64,000 nt of DNA from Candidatus Parcubacteria bacterium (GCA_026395685.1 JAPLYG010000016.1:1035-65034), one strand, 5' to 3'. Numbered from the stretch's first letter, positions 19,289 through 29,831 are shown. Program-made: numbers and translations. The notes: generated from the letters alone by a model not told the origin.

Positions 19289-21973
19289 TCAAATACTATT
19301 TTCCTTAATATTATTAGCTTTCTTTTCTCTGTATATATAGCTTATTTTGCCCAATTCAATGGCAAATATTTTTACGACAGCAATCCCTATTACAATCAGC
19401 CAGTCGCTAAAAACTATAGCCTTCAGCGCAAAAATATTCTGGATTGCAGGCGTATAAATTATCACAAGCTGCGCAATGAAAGCGGCTAAAACTGCAATAA
19501 TTAAATATTTATTTGACCAGAGCTTAATTCGCCAAATCGGCTGGCGCAAGCTTTTACAGGAAAAAGAATAAATCAGAGAGCTTATTACAATTGAGGTAAA
19601 AATTAAAGTGCGGATATATGCAATCTCATAATGTACACCTAGCAAATAAATAAAAATTATAAATAAAACCATATCAGTTATAATACCGATAAAAAATATT
19701 AGAAAATTCATTTCCTGATTTAAAATTGGTTCGTTTTTCTTACGCGGCCTAAACTTCATTACATCTTTTTCTCCTGGTTCAAAAGTCAAGGCAATATTTG
19801 GGAAACCGTCAGAAATAATATTAACATACAATATCTGCAAAGCAGTCAAAGGTAAAGGCAGACCCGCAACCAAGGAACCAACTACCAGTACCATCTGAGT
19901 AAAACTGTCTGCCAACAAATAAACAACAATCTTCCTGACATTATCAAAAATAACTCTTCCTTGGCGTACTGCATCCACAATTGTTTTAAAATTATCATCT
20001 AACAATATTATATCGGATGCTTCTTTGGCAACATCCGTGCCAGAGCCTAAAGCGACGCCAATATCTGAACTTTTTAAAGCCGGCGCATCATTTACGCCAT
20101 CCCCTAACATCGCCACCACCTCACCGTTTGCCTGCCAGGCATCGACAATTCGTAATTTATGTTTGGGAGAAACGCGGGAATAAATGGTAATTTCTCTTAC
20201 CTTTGCTTTTAATTCATCATCGCTTAATTTATCCAGGTCATCCCCTTCCAGTATATTTTTCTCATTAACTTTGAGTCCGATATCCTCGGCAATTGTTTTG
20301 ACGGTAAGTTTGTGATCACCCGTTATTATAATAGGCCTAATACCTGCTTCTTTACATAAATCAATTGTCATTTTTGCATCCTTACGCAACGGGTCTTTCA
20401 GCCCCAATACACCGGCAAAAATAAGATCAGCAAACTTTTGTTCTGAAAGTTCATTTACTTTGTGATCAACCTCCTTGTAAGCTATGGCTAAAACCCGCAA
20501 ACCCTGTATTGTTAAATTGTTGATATTCGCAATAATTTTCTTCTTCAGATCTTCATCAATTTTTATAATCTGCTCATTAATCTTGATTTCGGAACAAAAA
20601 TCCAAGACTCTTTCAGGAGCACCTTTTAAATAAATTATATTTTTGAGATTATTTATTTTATGAAGCGTTGCCATGTATTTCAAATCCGTACCAAAAGGTA
20701 TTTCATCTAGCCTGGGCAAATTATCTCTTAATTTCTGATAATCAAACCCGATTTCAATGCCTGCCTTTAAAATAGCTGTCTCGGTCGGATCACCTATAAA
20801 TTCTTCCGTTAAATTTTCTTCTGAAGTGCTTAAAGATGCATTATTGCTTATTACTGCCATGGAAAAAAGCTGCATATGATCAGCAATCTTTTTTACTTTC
20901 GTTGGCGAATCGAGCATATCTTTTTCCAAATCACAAAAGCCAGTCAGAGAGTAAGCTACCCTCATCTTACCTTCGGTCAAAGTACCTGTTTTATCGCTGC
21001 AAATCACAGAAGTAGAACCCAAAGTTTCAGCAGCCAATAACTTCCGAACCAAAGCTTTTTTACGTAAAATCTTCTGCATTCCAACGGTTAAAATAATGGT
21101 CAAAGAAACCAAAAGTCCTTCCGGGATTGAAGCCACGGCAATTGCCACAGCTGTTTCAAACATAACAAACAAATCATTGCCTAAAAAAATCCCTAAGATA
21201 AAAATAAATAGACATAATACTAAAATCACCATCCCTAATAAATTGCCAAAATGTTCCAACCCGGCTTGCAACGGGGTAGCCTCGCGTTCAGTTTCTCTTA
21301 TTAAACTGGCAATTTCTCCTAAATGTGTTTTTGTTCCTGTCTCTGTAATTATGACTTTAGCCCTGCCCCGGGTTACTATTGTGCCCATGAAAACTAAATT
21401 TGTTCGTTCAGCCAAATTAATGCCCTTAGCCAAGACTGAAGTATCTTTATTTACCGGCATTGATTCACCGGTAAGTGTTGCCTCGTTAAGCTGTAAATTG
21501 TAACTTTCCAAAATTCTTCCATCTGCGCCGACGCGATCACCCGCTTCTAGCAGTAAAATGTCGCCAATTACCAAATTTTGGCTGGAAATTATTATTTCCT
21601 TATTATCTCTGATCACTTTTGATTTAAAGGTGACTAATTTTCTCAAATGCTCTAGCGTTTTTTCAGCTTTATTTTCTTGTAAAAATCCAACCAAAGAATT
21701 AATCACAACGGCTGATAATATAACACCCGCATCAATAAACTCATGTAAAATAAAAGAAACTAAACCCGCAACGATTAATATATAGATCATCGGGCTTTTA
21801 AACTGCCGTAATAAAATAAAAATCCAAGAGGCTTTGGGGGATTCAGGAAGTTTGTTTATGCCAAATTTAATTAAACGACGGCCAACTTCTTCCTTATTTA
21901 ATCCTGATTCTTTCGCGCCTAAAAGCCGAAAAACCTCATTTAGCTCTAGATTGTGCCATAATAAATTAGGCAT
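19289..21973 (-). CDS. P-type cation-transporting ATPase (type II, Ca2+/Mg2+-like)
   Basis: 'CSDKTGTLT', 'PEGL', 'TGDHKLT', 'GDGVNDAPAL'; 10 predicted TM helices. Confidence 0.85.
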   Translation of the reverse strand: MPNLLWHNLELNEVFRLLGAKESGLNKEEVGRRLIKFGINKLPESPKASWIFILLRQFKSPMIYILIVAGLVSFILHEFIDAGVILSAVVINSLVGFLQENKAEKTLEHLRKLVTFKSKVIRDNKEIIISSQNLVIGDILLLEAGDRVGADGRILESYNLQLNEATLTGESMPVNKDTSVLAKGINLAERTNLVFMGTIVTRGRAKVIITETGTKTHLGEIASLIRETEREATPLQAGLEHFGNLLGMVILVLCLFIFILGIFLGNDLFVMFETAVAIAVASIPEGLLVSLTIILTVGMQKILRKKALVRKLLAAETLGSTSVICSDKTGTLTEGKMRVAYSLTGFCDLEKDMLDSPTKVKKIADHMQLFSMAVISNNASLSTSEENLTEEFIGDPTETAILKAGIEIGFDYQKLRDNLPRLDEIPFGTDLKYMATLHKINNLKNIIYLKGAPERVLDFCSEIKINEQIIKIDEDLKKKIIANINNLTIQGLRVLAIAYKEVDHKVNELSEQKFADLIFAGVLGLKDPLRKDAKMTIDLCKEAGIRPIIITGDHKLTVKTIAEDIGLKVNEKNILEGDDLDKLSDDELKAKVREITIYSRVSPKHKLRIVDAWQANGEVVAMLGDGVNDAPALKSSDIGVALGSGTDVAKEASDIILLDDNFKTIVDAVRQGRVIFDNVRKIVVYLLADSFTQMVLVVGSLVAGLPLPLTALQILYVNIISDGFPNIALTFEPGEKDVMKFRPRKKNEPILNQEMNFLIFFIGIITDMVLFIIFIYLLGVHYEIAYIRTLIFTSIVISSLIYSFSCKSLRQPIWRIKLWSNKYLIIAVLAAFIAQLVIIYTPAIQNIFALKAIVFSDWLIVIGIAVVKIFAIELGKISYIYREKKANNIKENSI

Positions 21974-22066
21974 ATAATTTTGATGCTATTTAACTATTAA
22001 TTAATTATATCAAATATTACAAATTAATTATACTAAAAAAGATTGCCAGTTTTGGCAATCTTTTCT

Positions 22067-22195
22067 TGGTGACCCGGCCTGCCTTCGCTTCCTCCTACGC
22101 CAAGACTTATGCGGACAAGAAAGCTTCGGCAGACAGGCTGGGGCTCGAACCCCCGCCTTCATCCCGCGTTGCGGAATTTCGGCGGGCAGGCAGGA
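22067..22195 (-). ncRNA. tRNA-Lys-derived degenerate element: shares ACCA, acceptor 3' strand, T-loop and downstream terminator with tRNA-Lys but has ~60 nt inserted between T-arm and acceptor and no matching 5' acceptor strand
   Basis: 45-bp block (22034-22078) identical to 22226-22271; 17-bp ggctggggctcgaaccc shared; cloverleaf cannot be completed. Confidence 0.4.
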
Positions 22196-22259
22196 CTATT
22201 CTTATTTTGATTGAAGCAGAGGGTCTAAAAAAAGATTGCCAGTTTTGGCAATCTTTTCT

Positions 22260-22335
22260 TGGTGACCCGGCTGGGGCTCGAACCCAGGACCCTCTGCTTA
22301 AAAGGCAGATGCTCTACCGACTGAGCTACCGAGTC
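22260..22335 (-). tRNA. tRNA-Lys (anticodon TTT), CCA encoded
   Basis: Reverse complement folds as GACTCGG-TA-GCTCAGTCGGTAGAGC-...CTTTTAA...-TTCGAGC-...CCGGGTC-A-CCA. Confidence 0.85.
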
Positions 22336-22505
22336 ATATGTTTAGTTTATAATTCAAAGTTTAAAATGCAAAATTGCAATTTATAATTATAAATTTTGGT
22401 ATTATATTTAAATAAATTTTCCAAAATTTTAAACTATAAATTGTCCCTCAAAGCGGGATGCCGCTTCGCGGCATAACTTTAAACTTTGCACTTTTAACTA
22501 ACTTG

Positions 22506-22579
22506 TTGCGGGGGTCGGATTTGAACCGACGACCTCCGGGTTATGGGCCCGGCGAGCTGCCAGACTGCTCTACCCCGCG
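22506..22579 (-). tRNA. Initiator tRNA-fMet (anticodon CAT)
   Basis: C1xA72 mismatch, three G-C pairs in anticodon stem (CCGGG/CCCGG), loop CCCATAA. Confidence 0.8.
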
Positions 22580-22688
22580 ATGATTAAATAAAAAATAACC
22601 ACTGCTGGTTAACACAATTATAGCAAAAACCACGTAAATCTTAAAGTTTTTATTATTATAATCCCTTTTTCAAAATAAATCAAGTCCG

Positions 22689-23324
22689 CTAACTGCTTTT
22701 TAGCTCAAATTCCAAAAGATCTTTTTTTGTATTCAAAGGCTGCCAAAAACCTTCATGCTTGTATAACTTAAGCTTTAGCTTGGGAAAGACATCATATTCC
22801 AGGCTTCCTTTAGTTGCTAAGAGATTAATTAAGTCGTCTTTATTAAATAAATACCAGCCACAGCTGACCCAATCCTTCAAAACCGGCTTTTCAATGAACT
22901 TGGCATAGCCATTTTCCTCTGTAACCAAACCAAACGGCAATTGCGGATGAGCCACGCAGATCGCGTTTGGTCCTAATGTTTCCAGTTTTTCTAAATTAAT
23001 ATCAGTAATATCGTCACAATTTAAACAAAGAACAAGATCTGAACTTGCCAGGTCAATTGCCTGCCTTAAAGCGCCAGCCGTGCCTAATGGTTCAGTCTCA
23101 ATGGCAAATTCTATAGGATAGTCGGGATAATTAACCTTAACATAATCAATAATCTCCTCAGCTTTATAGCCTAAAGAAAGAATAATCTTAGCTAACTTTT
23201 TGGTTGCGAATAAATAATCAAGCTGATGCCCCAAAATCGCTTTATCTTTGACTTTGACCAGTGGCTTAGGTAAAACATCTTCCATGCGATTGCCTTTGCC
23301 TCCGGCTAAAATAATTGCTTCCAT
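22689..23324 (-). CDS. Small sugar-/phospho-alcohol nucleotidyltransferase (NTP_transferase fold, LicC/GMPP-like)
   Basis: 'MEAIILAGGKGNRM' signature G-rich loop; 211 aa. Confidence 0.65.
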   Translation of the reverse strand: MEAIILAGGKGNRMEDVLPKPLVKVKDKAILGHQLDYLFATKKLAKIILSLGYKAEEIIDYVKVNYPDYPIEFAIETEPLGTAGALRQAIDLASSDLVLCLNCDDITDINLEKLETLGPNAICVAHPQLPFGLVTEENGYAKFIEKPVLKDWVSCGWYLFNKDDLINLLATKGSLEYDVFPKLKLKLYKHEGFWQPLNTKKDLLEFELKSS

Positions 23325-23327
23325 AAT

Positions 23328-24647
23328 TTAGATTAATTTATAGACTTTAGGAATCGGTTTTATAAAATCCTGCGCCCAAGCATAGGTATAAGCGCCCTGA
23401 TTAGGTATGATAATCAAATCATTTTCTGTCATTTTTTGAGCATAGCAATAGTGACCCCAGAAATCTTCAGGCATACATAAATTGCCGTACATCGCCACTT
23501 CTATTTCTTTTAAGGCTGGATGAGTCAAATTAATTACCGGGAAATAGTATGTCGTATAATATTCCCAGCCGACCATATTATTGCCGGCGTTTAAAATTAC
23601 ATTGCCTGAACTTTTAACATCTGCTACCCGCATTACCAGATGCATCGATTTAGCGCTTATTATTCTGCCTGGTTCAAAAAAATAGCTAGACTTAACTATC
23701 GGCTTTAAATGCAAATTAATCGCCTGAAAAATACTCTCTGCATATTGCGACGAGGTTGGAGTTTTGAAAATAAAATACTTATCAAAAAAGTCAAGCCGCT
23801 TATCAAAATATTCAGCCGCCAGCTTTATTATCTCTCCTTGCGGCTCTGCCCAGGGATAATATCCGTCTAAAGCTGTGGGGTAAAATCCGCCGCCCAAATC
23901 AATAAATTTAATTTGCGCTAAGTCAGATTTACTGAAATGAATTTTTAAATATTTCCCCAAAATCCTGATTATTTCCTGATACGGTTGTACTTCCAAATTC
24001 AAACTCATATGGCATTGGATGCCCTGCAATTCAATTTGAGGATATTTTTTTGCCGCTTGCCAGAATCTGGCTAAATCATCAAGAGCAATGCCAAATTTTG
24101 ACCAACTGCCATGCAGTGGGGTATAAATCCTAATACCGGCTCTTATTTTCTCTCCCCTGCCAAGGAGCGCGGCAATTTTTTCTAATTCGCGGAAACTGTC
24201 AATTTGAATAATAACTCTAGCTCGGTTTTTTATGGCTAATTTTAATTCTGACTCGCTTTTACCCGGCCCGCTAAAAATTATTTTCTTAGCCTTGCAGTCC
24301 AAAGCCATTTCTAATTCTCGTCCGCTCGAGACATCAAGGCCCATGCCTTGGCGCACCGCGATTTTCAAAATTTCAGGATAATGATTTGATTTAACCGCAT
24401 AATAAGGCTGCTGATCAAACTTATACTTGCCAAAAGACGATTGAAAGTCTTTAATGCTCGCTATCAGCGATTTAACATCAAACAGATAAAATGGCTCTGA
24501 AGTTTTAGCTGCAATGGCTTTAATCTTTTTCTTTAATTTTAGAGTTTGCCTTACAATTGCTAAAAGACTGCCCCTTTCAGCGGTTACTTTTTGTTTTAGT
24601 AATTTCCAAATTAATTTTTCTTGCGCTGACTGATTCTTTAGCAGCAT
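23328..24647 (-). CDS. PLP-dependent decarboxylase of the Orn/DAP/Arg decarboxylase (alanine-racemase fold) family
   Basis: 'YYAVKSNHYPEILKIAVRQGMGLDVSSGRELEMAL' PLP-lysine motif; 439 aa. Confidence 0.7.
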   Translation of the reverse strand: MLLKNQSAQEKLIWKLLKQKVTAERGSLLAIVRQTLKLKKKIKAIAAKTSEPFYLFDVKSLIASIKDFQSSFGKYKFDQQPYYAVKSNHYPEILKIAVRQGMGLDVSSGRELEMALDCKAKKIIFSGPGKSESELKLAIKNRARVIIQIDSFRELEKIAALLGRGEKIRAGIRIYTPLHGSWSKFGIALDDLARFWQAAKKYPQIELQGIQCHMSLNLEVQPYQEIIRILGKYLKIHFSKSDLAQIKFIDLGGGFYPTALDGYYPWAEPQGEIIKLAAEYFDKRLDFFDKYFIFKTPTSSQYAESIFQAINLHLKPIVKSSYFFEPGRIISAKSMHLVMRVADVKSSGNVILNAGNNMVGWEYYTTYYFPVINLTHPALKEIEVAMYGNLCMPEDFWGHYCYAQKMTENDLIIIPNQGAYTYAWAQDFIKPIPKVYKLI

Positions 24648-24674
24648 AGATTACCCGTTATAACTCCAATAAAT

Positions 24675-27098
24675 CTATTTGGTATTGGCCATTAGATGAA
24701 AATAAGGCGGACGATTTTTATAGCGTTTAATTGCCAAATACATTATTTCTTCAATAAACTGCCCATAATCTTGCCCGGTTAATTCTGCACAATTGGGCAC
24801 GCAATCACCCATATTGATTGAAGGGTTGGGATTTAATTCCAAAACATAAGGGTTGTCATCTTTGTCTACGCGAATTTCTACCCGGCCATAATCATGACAG
24901 TCTAGAATATTGTATGTATCCAAAGCCATTTCGCCCAATAATGTCTCTAACTTTTTACTGATATTGCGTACCGGACGCTGAACAACAATCCCCATCTTTT
25001 CTGCAGAAATATCCGGGGAAAATTTAATATCATGGGTGTAAATGTGCCATTGTCCCTGAGTCATGTCTTTAAAAATTGAGCGGGATAAGGGTAAAACCTT
25101 CAAATCATTTTCTTCACTTCCCAAAATTGAAACATCATATTCATCGCCTTCTATATATTCTTCAATCAAAGCCGGCGAGCCTAAGTCGATAATTACTTTT
25201 TTCAGTTGTTTAGTTAGCTCTTCAGTATTAGTCACAACCGACTCATTAGTAATGCCGATGGAATTATCGGTATTTGAAGGCTTAACAATCAGCGGATAAC
25301 GCAAATTCTGATCAATTTCATCGTCCATTGAATAGACATAATCCCATTTGGGGGTTGGAATGCCATGAAAAGCCAATAACTTTTTAACTCTAATTTTATC
25401 AATACATAAACTTAATGTTGACGGATTCGAACCAGTATAAGGTATTTGCAATATATCCAGCAAGGCGGCGGCATGCGGTTCCAGCAGACTGGAATCATTA
25501 ATCCTTTCACAGACATTAAATACCAAATCCACATCGCTTTCACTTAATTCCTTAAAAGCTTTCTGAATATTATTAAAATCAAAAAAGGTAACTTTATATC
25601 CCCGATCCTTTAAAGTTTTTTCTATATTGCGTCCGACTGACATCAAATCAGCATTGACCAAATTTTCCCCTTCTTCAAAAATATTACAGGCTATGCCTAC
25701 GTGCAATTTCTTTTGTTCAGACTTAGACATCCTTCTGATTTTTTCAATTCTGGCCGCCCGAACAAATAAATCAGGTTTAATAGCTGCTAAAGAAAGACTA
25801 TTTTTTCTGGAAGTTTTACCAAAAGAAGATTCTGGGGCAAACTTTGCCACTTCAAATTTTACATATTTCATCGCCTCTCTCAGATTATCCTGAGCGTCAA
25901 GCAAGCTGTAGCCTGAAGCTGTAATCCAACCCAAATTATCATAGCCTTCAGGAGGAGCAAAAATCGGATCACCTATCTCCTTATAAAAATGCATTTCCCC
26001 GATTGACGGCCATTTTTCAATTTCATAATCAATATTAGCGGAAATCAACACCCCGGAATAATCGGGACGAAAATCCTGACCAATAATATATTTTAAAGGA
26101 TTGTCCGGTTTTTTTATTTTAATGAAGTAACCCAAAGCAACTTTAACCGCATACTCAATCAAATCTACGCCCCAACAGCCTTTAATATAGGAGTAAATAT
26201 AATCACCGCCCATACGCAGATTAATTTCAATTGGCACCGGGCCATGAGGGGTGGATTTTGCCTCCCAATGCACAATGCCATTTTGCAAGCCCAGTTTTTC
26301 CAATGTTTCTTCAGCCTGCTCAAATAATTCCTGCTGTTGCAAAGCTGGCAAACTTGAAGGGATTGATTGCCCAACTTCTACAAAAAATGGCTCCTGCGTC
26401 TGAAAATTATCAGAAATAGACCAAAATTTTACTTTGCCGTTCTGGATAATAATATCAATATCGACTTCATCGCCGTCAATATATTCTTCCACGAAAATAT
26501 CCAGGCCGTCAGCCAAAGCGCTTTCAGTCGTAGTCGAAATATTTTTTTTAATATAATTGTAGGTATTTGCCAAATCATCCTTGCCATTTACCTTGATAAC
26601 AAAAGCGCTGGAAGCGCCATAAGCCGGCTTAATTACTACAGGAAATTTAAAATCATCAGGCAAATTTTGAATTTCAGCCACTGATTTCAGTAAAACATGC
26701 TTTGGCGTAGCAATACCGTTTTGTTCGCAAAAATCCCTGAATAAATATTTATTCCTGACTTTTTTGGCAATATTATAAGGGATGCCTACCCAATTAAATT
26801 TATCAGCAATTTTGGCAGTCAATAAAACATCATCCTCCCAAAAAGTTACCACGCCGCTAATCTTAACTTCCGGATTACTGGCGATAAATTCCTTAATTGC
26901 GTTGATGCATTCAGTCTGATTGGTATTATCCGCCAAAATCCAATGATCAATATATGGCGCTGCCCAATTTTTTTCTTTATTGAGACAAACGACTTTCAAG
27001 CCAAGCCTTTTTAATTTTTGCAGAATAAAACGCTTTTTTATTGACCCGGTATTAACGACCAGAATTGTTTTGTCCTCAAAATTATTTCCGTTTCTCAT
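24675..27098 (-). CDS. Large protein with two tandem ATP-grasp (Ddl-like) ligase domains
   Basis: Two copies of 'G(I)(A/P)TPK...(F/Y)P(V/L)(V/I)(I/V)KP' ATP-grasp cores at ~aa 120-330 and ~aa 560-790. Confidence 0.6.
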   Translation of the reverse strand: MRNGNNFEDKTILVVNTGSIKKRFILQKLKRLGLKVVCLNKEKNWAAPYIDHWILADNTNQTECINAIKEFIASNPEVKISGVVTFWEDDVLLTAKIADKFNWVGIPYNIAKKVRNKYLFRDFCEQNGIATPKHVLLKSVAEIQNLPDDFKFPVVIKPAYGASSAFVIKVNGKDDLANTYNYIKKNISTTTESALADGLDIFVEEYIDGDEVDIDIIIQNGKVKFWSISDNFQTQEPFFVEVGQSIPSSLPALQQQELFEQAEETLEKLGLQNGIVHWEAKSTPHGPVPIEINLRMGGDYIYSYIKGCWGVDLIEYAVKVALGYFIKIKKPDNPLKYIIGQDFRPDYSGVLISANIDYEIEKWPSIGEMHFYKEIGDPIFAPPEGYDNLGWITASGYSLLDAQDNLREAMKYVKFEVAKFAPESSFGKTSRKNSLSLAAIKPDLFVRAARIEKIRRMSKSEQKKLHVGIACNIFEEGENLVNADLMSVGRNIEKTLKDRGYKVTFFDFNNIQKAFKELSESDVDLVFNVCERINDSSLLEPHAAALLDILQIPYTGSNPSTLSLCIDKIRVKKLLAFHGIPTPKWDYVYSMDDEIDQNLRYPLIVKPSNTDNSIGITNESVVTNTEELTKQLKKVIIDLGSPALIEEYIEGDEYDVSILGSEENDLKVLPLSRSIFKDMTQGQWHIYTHDIKFSPDISAEKMGIVVQRPVRNISKKLETLLGEMALDTYNILDCHDYGRVEIRVDKDDNPYVLELNPNPSINMGDCVPNCAELTGQDYGQFIEEIMYLAIKRYKNRPPYFHLMANTK

Positions 27099-28369
27099 AT
27101 GAGTGTTTTTAATTCCTCCTGATAAATATTTAGTAACTTAGTTTGTAAATGTTTGGGCGCAGTACGCATGGGATAAACTTTAAAAAATTTATGATGCAGC
27201 ATTTTTTCCTGCTTAATGGTTTTATCCAGATACTTTTTCTTAAATAGCTCCATCAAGTCGCCATGGTGCCCTAAGCGATAAGCCATTAAAAAGGCCAAAC
27301 GTTGTTCGTCTTTAACAGCCGAAGGCATTTCATAAGCGCGTGTAATTTTCTTGGCGAAAAGCGGATATAAATCCCTATATTTAATATTAAAAAAGTCTTT
27401 GTTAAATCCGATTTTTTTGGGGTCACCGCCGACAGCAACTGAATACAGGTAAGCTTTGGCGCACATCGGGCAATGATAGCACCATCTATCCCTTGACGCC
27501 GTATCCAAGGAACAGGACATTAAATATTTTAAAAGCTTGGGATATCGATGGTATAATATTTTCATTTCCGCCAAATTATAAATCCCTTCCACCAGACTAA
27601 CAGCCTGAAAATTTCCTGAACTAAACTTATCAAAATATTTATTCATGGGACTCAAATAAACCGAAGACTGGTCAAATGACGGATAAGATTTAACACCCTG
27701 CTCCATCCAATAATCGTCAAAATTCTTTTCATTGCCTAGAATTAAATATTTTGCCTGGTAATGATAAGAAAAAGGCAACAACTCTAAAGCAAAAATCAAC
27801 ATACCGTTAGCGCTATCCCAGCCTTTTATTTTAATTGGCAAAGCCTTATTGAGATAAATTGCGTCCAAATTATCTTCAAAATATTCTATTTGCTTATGTT
27901 GTTCCCGGCAAAATTGGCTGATTATTCTTTTCTTAAATTTGTGTTCTAAGCTCTGCTCATCCTCCTTTTCAATAACGTATATCAGCCGGCAAGCTAAGCC
28001 TATTTCTTCGGCCAAACCATAAGAAAGCAAGCTGTCCTTGCCAAATGACAAAGCTAAAATCGCCTGAGACTCAACATTCGCCTGAGACGGGAGTTTTGTT
28101 TTTTCTTTTGGAATATGTAAAAAATCTTCTTGGCGATTTTTAATATATAATCCCAGCTGTTTAGTTTTAATTTTATTTAAATAGGCAACTCTGCCTAAGT
28201 CACCAAACAAACCATAATCAACTATTTTTCTGATGACCGGGTTGTTAAATCCAAATTGTATATTAATTTTACCGGAAGCAGCTATCGGCGCTGCACTCGC
28301 ATAAATAAAATTTTCAATTAAAAAATTTTTGGCTTTAAAATCTTTCCAGACACTGCGAGGATAAACCAT
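27095..28369 (-). CDS. Hypothetical protein with PP-loop-like 'SFGKDS' (adenine-nucleotide alpha-hydrolase-like) and C-terminal CxxCPxC
   Basis: Motif-level only; 4-bp overlap with upstream ATP-grasp gene. Confidence 0.35.
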   Translation of the reverse strand: MVYPRSVWKDFKAKNFLIENFIYASAAPIAASGKINIQFGFNNPVIRKIVDYGLFGDLGRVAYLNKIKTKQLGLYIKNRQEDFLHIPKEKTKLPSQANVESQAILALSFGKDSLLSYGLAEEIGLACRLIYVIEKEDEQSLEHKFKKRIISQFCREQHKQIEYFEDNLDAIYLNKALPIKIKGWDSANGMLIFALELLPFSYHYQAKYLILGNEKNFDDYWMEQGVKSYPSFDQSSVYLSPMNKYFDKFSSGNFQAVSLVEGIYNLAEMKILYHRYPKLLKYLMSCSLDTASRDRWCYHCPMCAKAYLYSVAVGGDPKKIGFNKDFFNIKYRDLYPLFAKKITRAYEMPSAVKDEQRLAFLMAYRLGHHGDLMELFKKKYLDKTIKQEKMLHHKFFKVYPMRTAPKHLQTKLLNIYQEELKTLI

Positions 28370-28474
28370 CGGATAAGAATCCTTGCCGTTAATCAGGATA
28401 TTAAAGCCTGAAGGATTAATTGAATATGAAATTTTTACCTGGGAATTTTTGATATTATTAAATTAATTCGCGGC

Positions 28475-28888
28475 TTATTGATACTTATAATCATAGGTTG
28501 AATATGCGACTGTCAATTCCTCGCCTTTTTTTATATTTCTGATGGTTACGAATTTTTCTCCGCCGTCAATTGTTTTCAAATTTGGCGTAGTAGAATTATT
28601 CACAAAAAAAGAAATATCCATGCCATTGAATCCGGTTTCCGGAATATAAACGGAACGATCTTCTTCAATCACGCAAAAATCGTCAACCAATTTTAAGATT
28701 TCTTCATCCAAATCCTTGAGCTCATCCATTTGAAATTTAATCCACTCCAGGCTTTCATTGCCAAAAGGATCAGTCCCTTCAGGAATATCGCGGATGGCAA
28801 AAACGCCCACGCCTTCAACCGCAGACGGCCTCAGCCGGCAATATGTATTTTTTATTTTATTTAAAAGCGTTTCTTTATCAAGAGCCAT
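28475..28888 (-). CDS. Small SET-domain-like protein (tentative)
   Basis: 'GVGVFAIRDIPEGT' and C-terminal 'IKKGEELTVAYSTY' resemble SET N- and C-motifs. Confidence 0.3.
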   Translation of the reverse strand: MALDKETLLNKIKNTYCRLRPSAVEGVGVFAIRDIPEGTDPFGNESLEWIKFQMDELKDLDEEILKLVDDFCVIEEDRSVYIPETGFNGMDISFFVNNSTTPNLKTIDGGEKFVTIRNIKKGEELTVAYSTYDYKYQ

Positions 28889-28928
28889 GACATTAAAATA
28901 AATTATTAATTCGAGTTTCTAATAAAGT

Positions 28929-29831
28929 TTACTCCCGTTTTAAACATATTACTAAACTATATATTGTATTTGGTAAATATTTTTTTTGAGTCGGCAAGAC
29001 TACTTTTTTAAAAATCTCGCCCAGTTGATCACCATCTTCAAAATTATAGTCTCCTTCTTCAGGCGGAGGAATCGGACCAGCTTCCTGCAAAATTACTAAA
29101 TGGTCAGCGGGCATATCTTTTAAAGGCGGGGTAACTCCGCAATCAGCATAGTCTTTCAATAATGCCCGGCTTATTTTTTCAATCATAGCCTGCTCTCTAG
29201 AAGTGCCCCGATCATTCAAATTTTCATTTTTATAACCGCAATAAAATCCATTGTAACCGTTTTCACGACCGACGTTCAGCTGTTTTTTAACAGCGCCTGG
29301 TGTTGTTGAACAGCTGACAACCGCATCATAATTTCCCCGTAGAAACATTTGCCGATATAAATCTTCACAAACGCCCTGATTGCGGTTTTTAAATTTTGTA
29401 AATACTAAATTAACTAAAAAACCCTTTTTATTTCCCGGCACATCAATATTTTTTCCAGTTAAAAAGCCGGCTAGTTTGCCATTTTTTACCGTCAGATAAA
29501 TTGAGTCAGAATCGCCGAAGTCGCCTTCTTTTATATTCTCTATTGCCTCATCCCTATTTGTTTTATCTTTCATGTCAAACCTAACATTTTTATTGCGCGG
29601 GCCAAAAGCCTGAAGCACTGATTCACCAAAAATATTACACAATTTTTCTAATTGAGCAGGAGATTCCCAAGCATCTCGATCCACTATGTCTAATTTCAAT
29701 AATTCAATATTTTTATTTTCCGGATCAGGTTTTTGAATAATCTCAATTTTTACACCTGCTAAACTATTTTCCAGTTTGCTGCCAAATGATTCCCCAAATA
29801 TCTTCCCCATCGACTTTTCATTAATATTCAT
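28929..29831 (-). CDS. Hypothetical protein, possibly GNAT-like fold
   Basis: 'NRNQGVCEDLYRQ' weak acyl-CoA-binding motif A. Confidence 0.25.
   Translation of the reverse strand: MNINEKSMGKIFGESFGSKLENSLAGVKIEIIQKPDPENKNIELLKLDIVDRDAWESPAQLEKLCNIFGESVLQAFGPRNKNVRFDMKDKTNRDEAIENIKEGDFGDSDSIYLTVKNGKLAGFLTGKNIDVPGNKKGFLVNLVFTKFKNRNQGVCEDLYRQMFLRGNYDAVVSCSTTPGAVKKQLNVGRENGYNGFYCGYKNENLNDRGTSREQAMIEKISRALLKDYADCGVTPPLKDMPADHLVILQEAGPIPPPEEGDYNFEDGDQLGEIFKKVVLPTQKKYLPNTIYSLVICLKRE

Noticed and set aside
22067-22195. tmRNA interpretation of the tRNA-Lys-like element
   Set aside because: The T-arm is separated from the 3' acceptor strand by ~60 nt and no tag-peptide reading frame or 5' acceptor partner is present.
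22066-22386. 106-aa plus-strand ORF across the tRNA-Lys locus
   Set aside because: Antisense to two tRNA(-like) genes and their terminators; no RBS. It is an artefact of GC-rich tRNA sequence.
28475-28888. Calling the 137-aa protein a histone-lysine methyltransferase
   Set aside because: Only N- and C-terminal SET-like motifs are visible and the protein is very short. Kept as tentative SET-like at low confidence.
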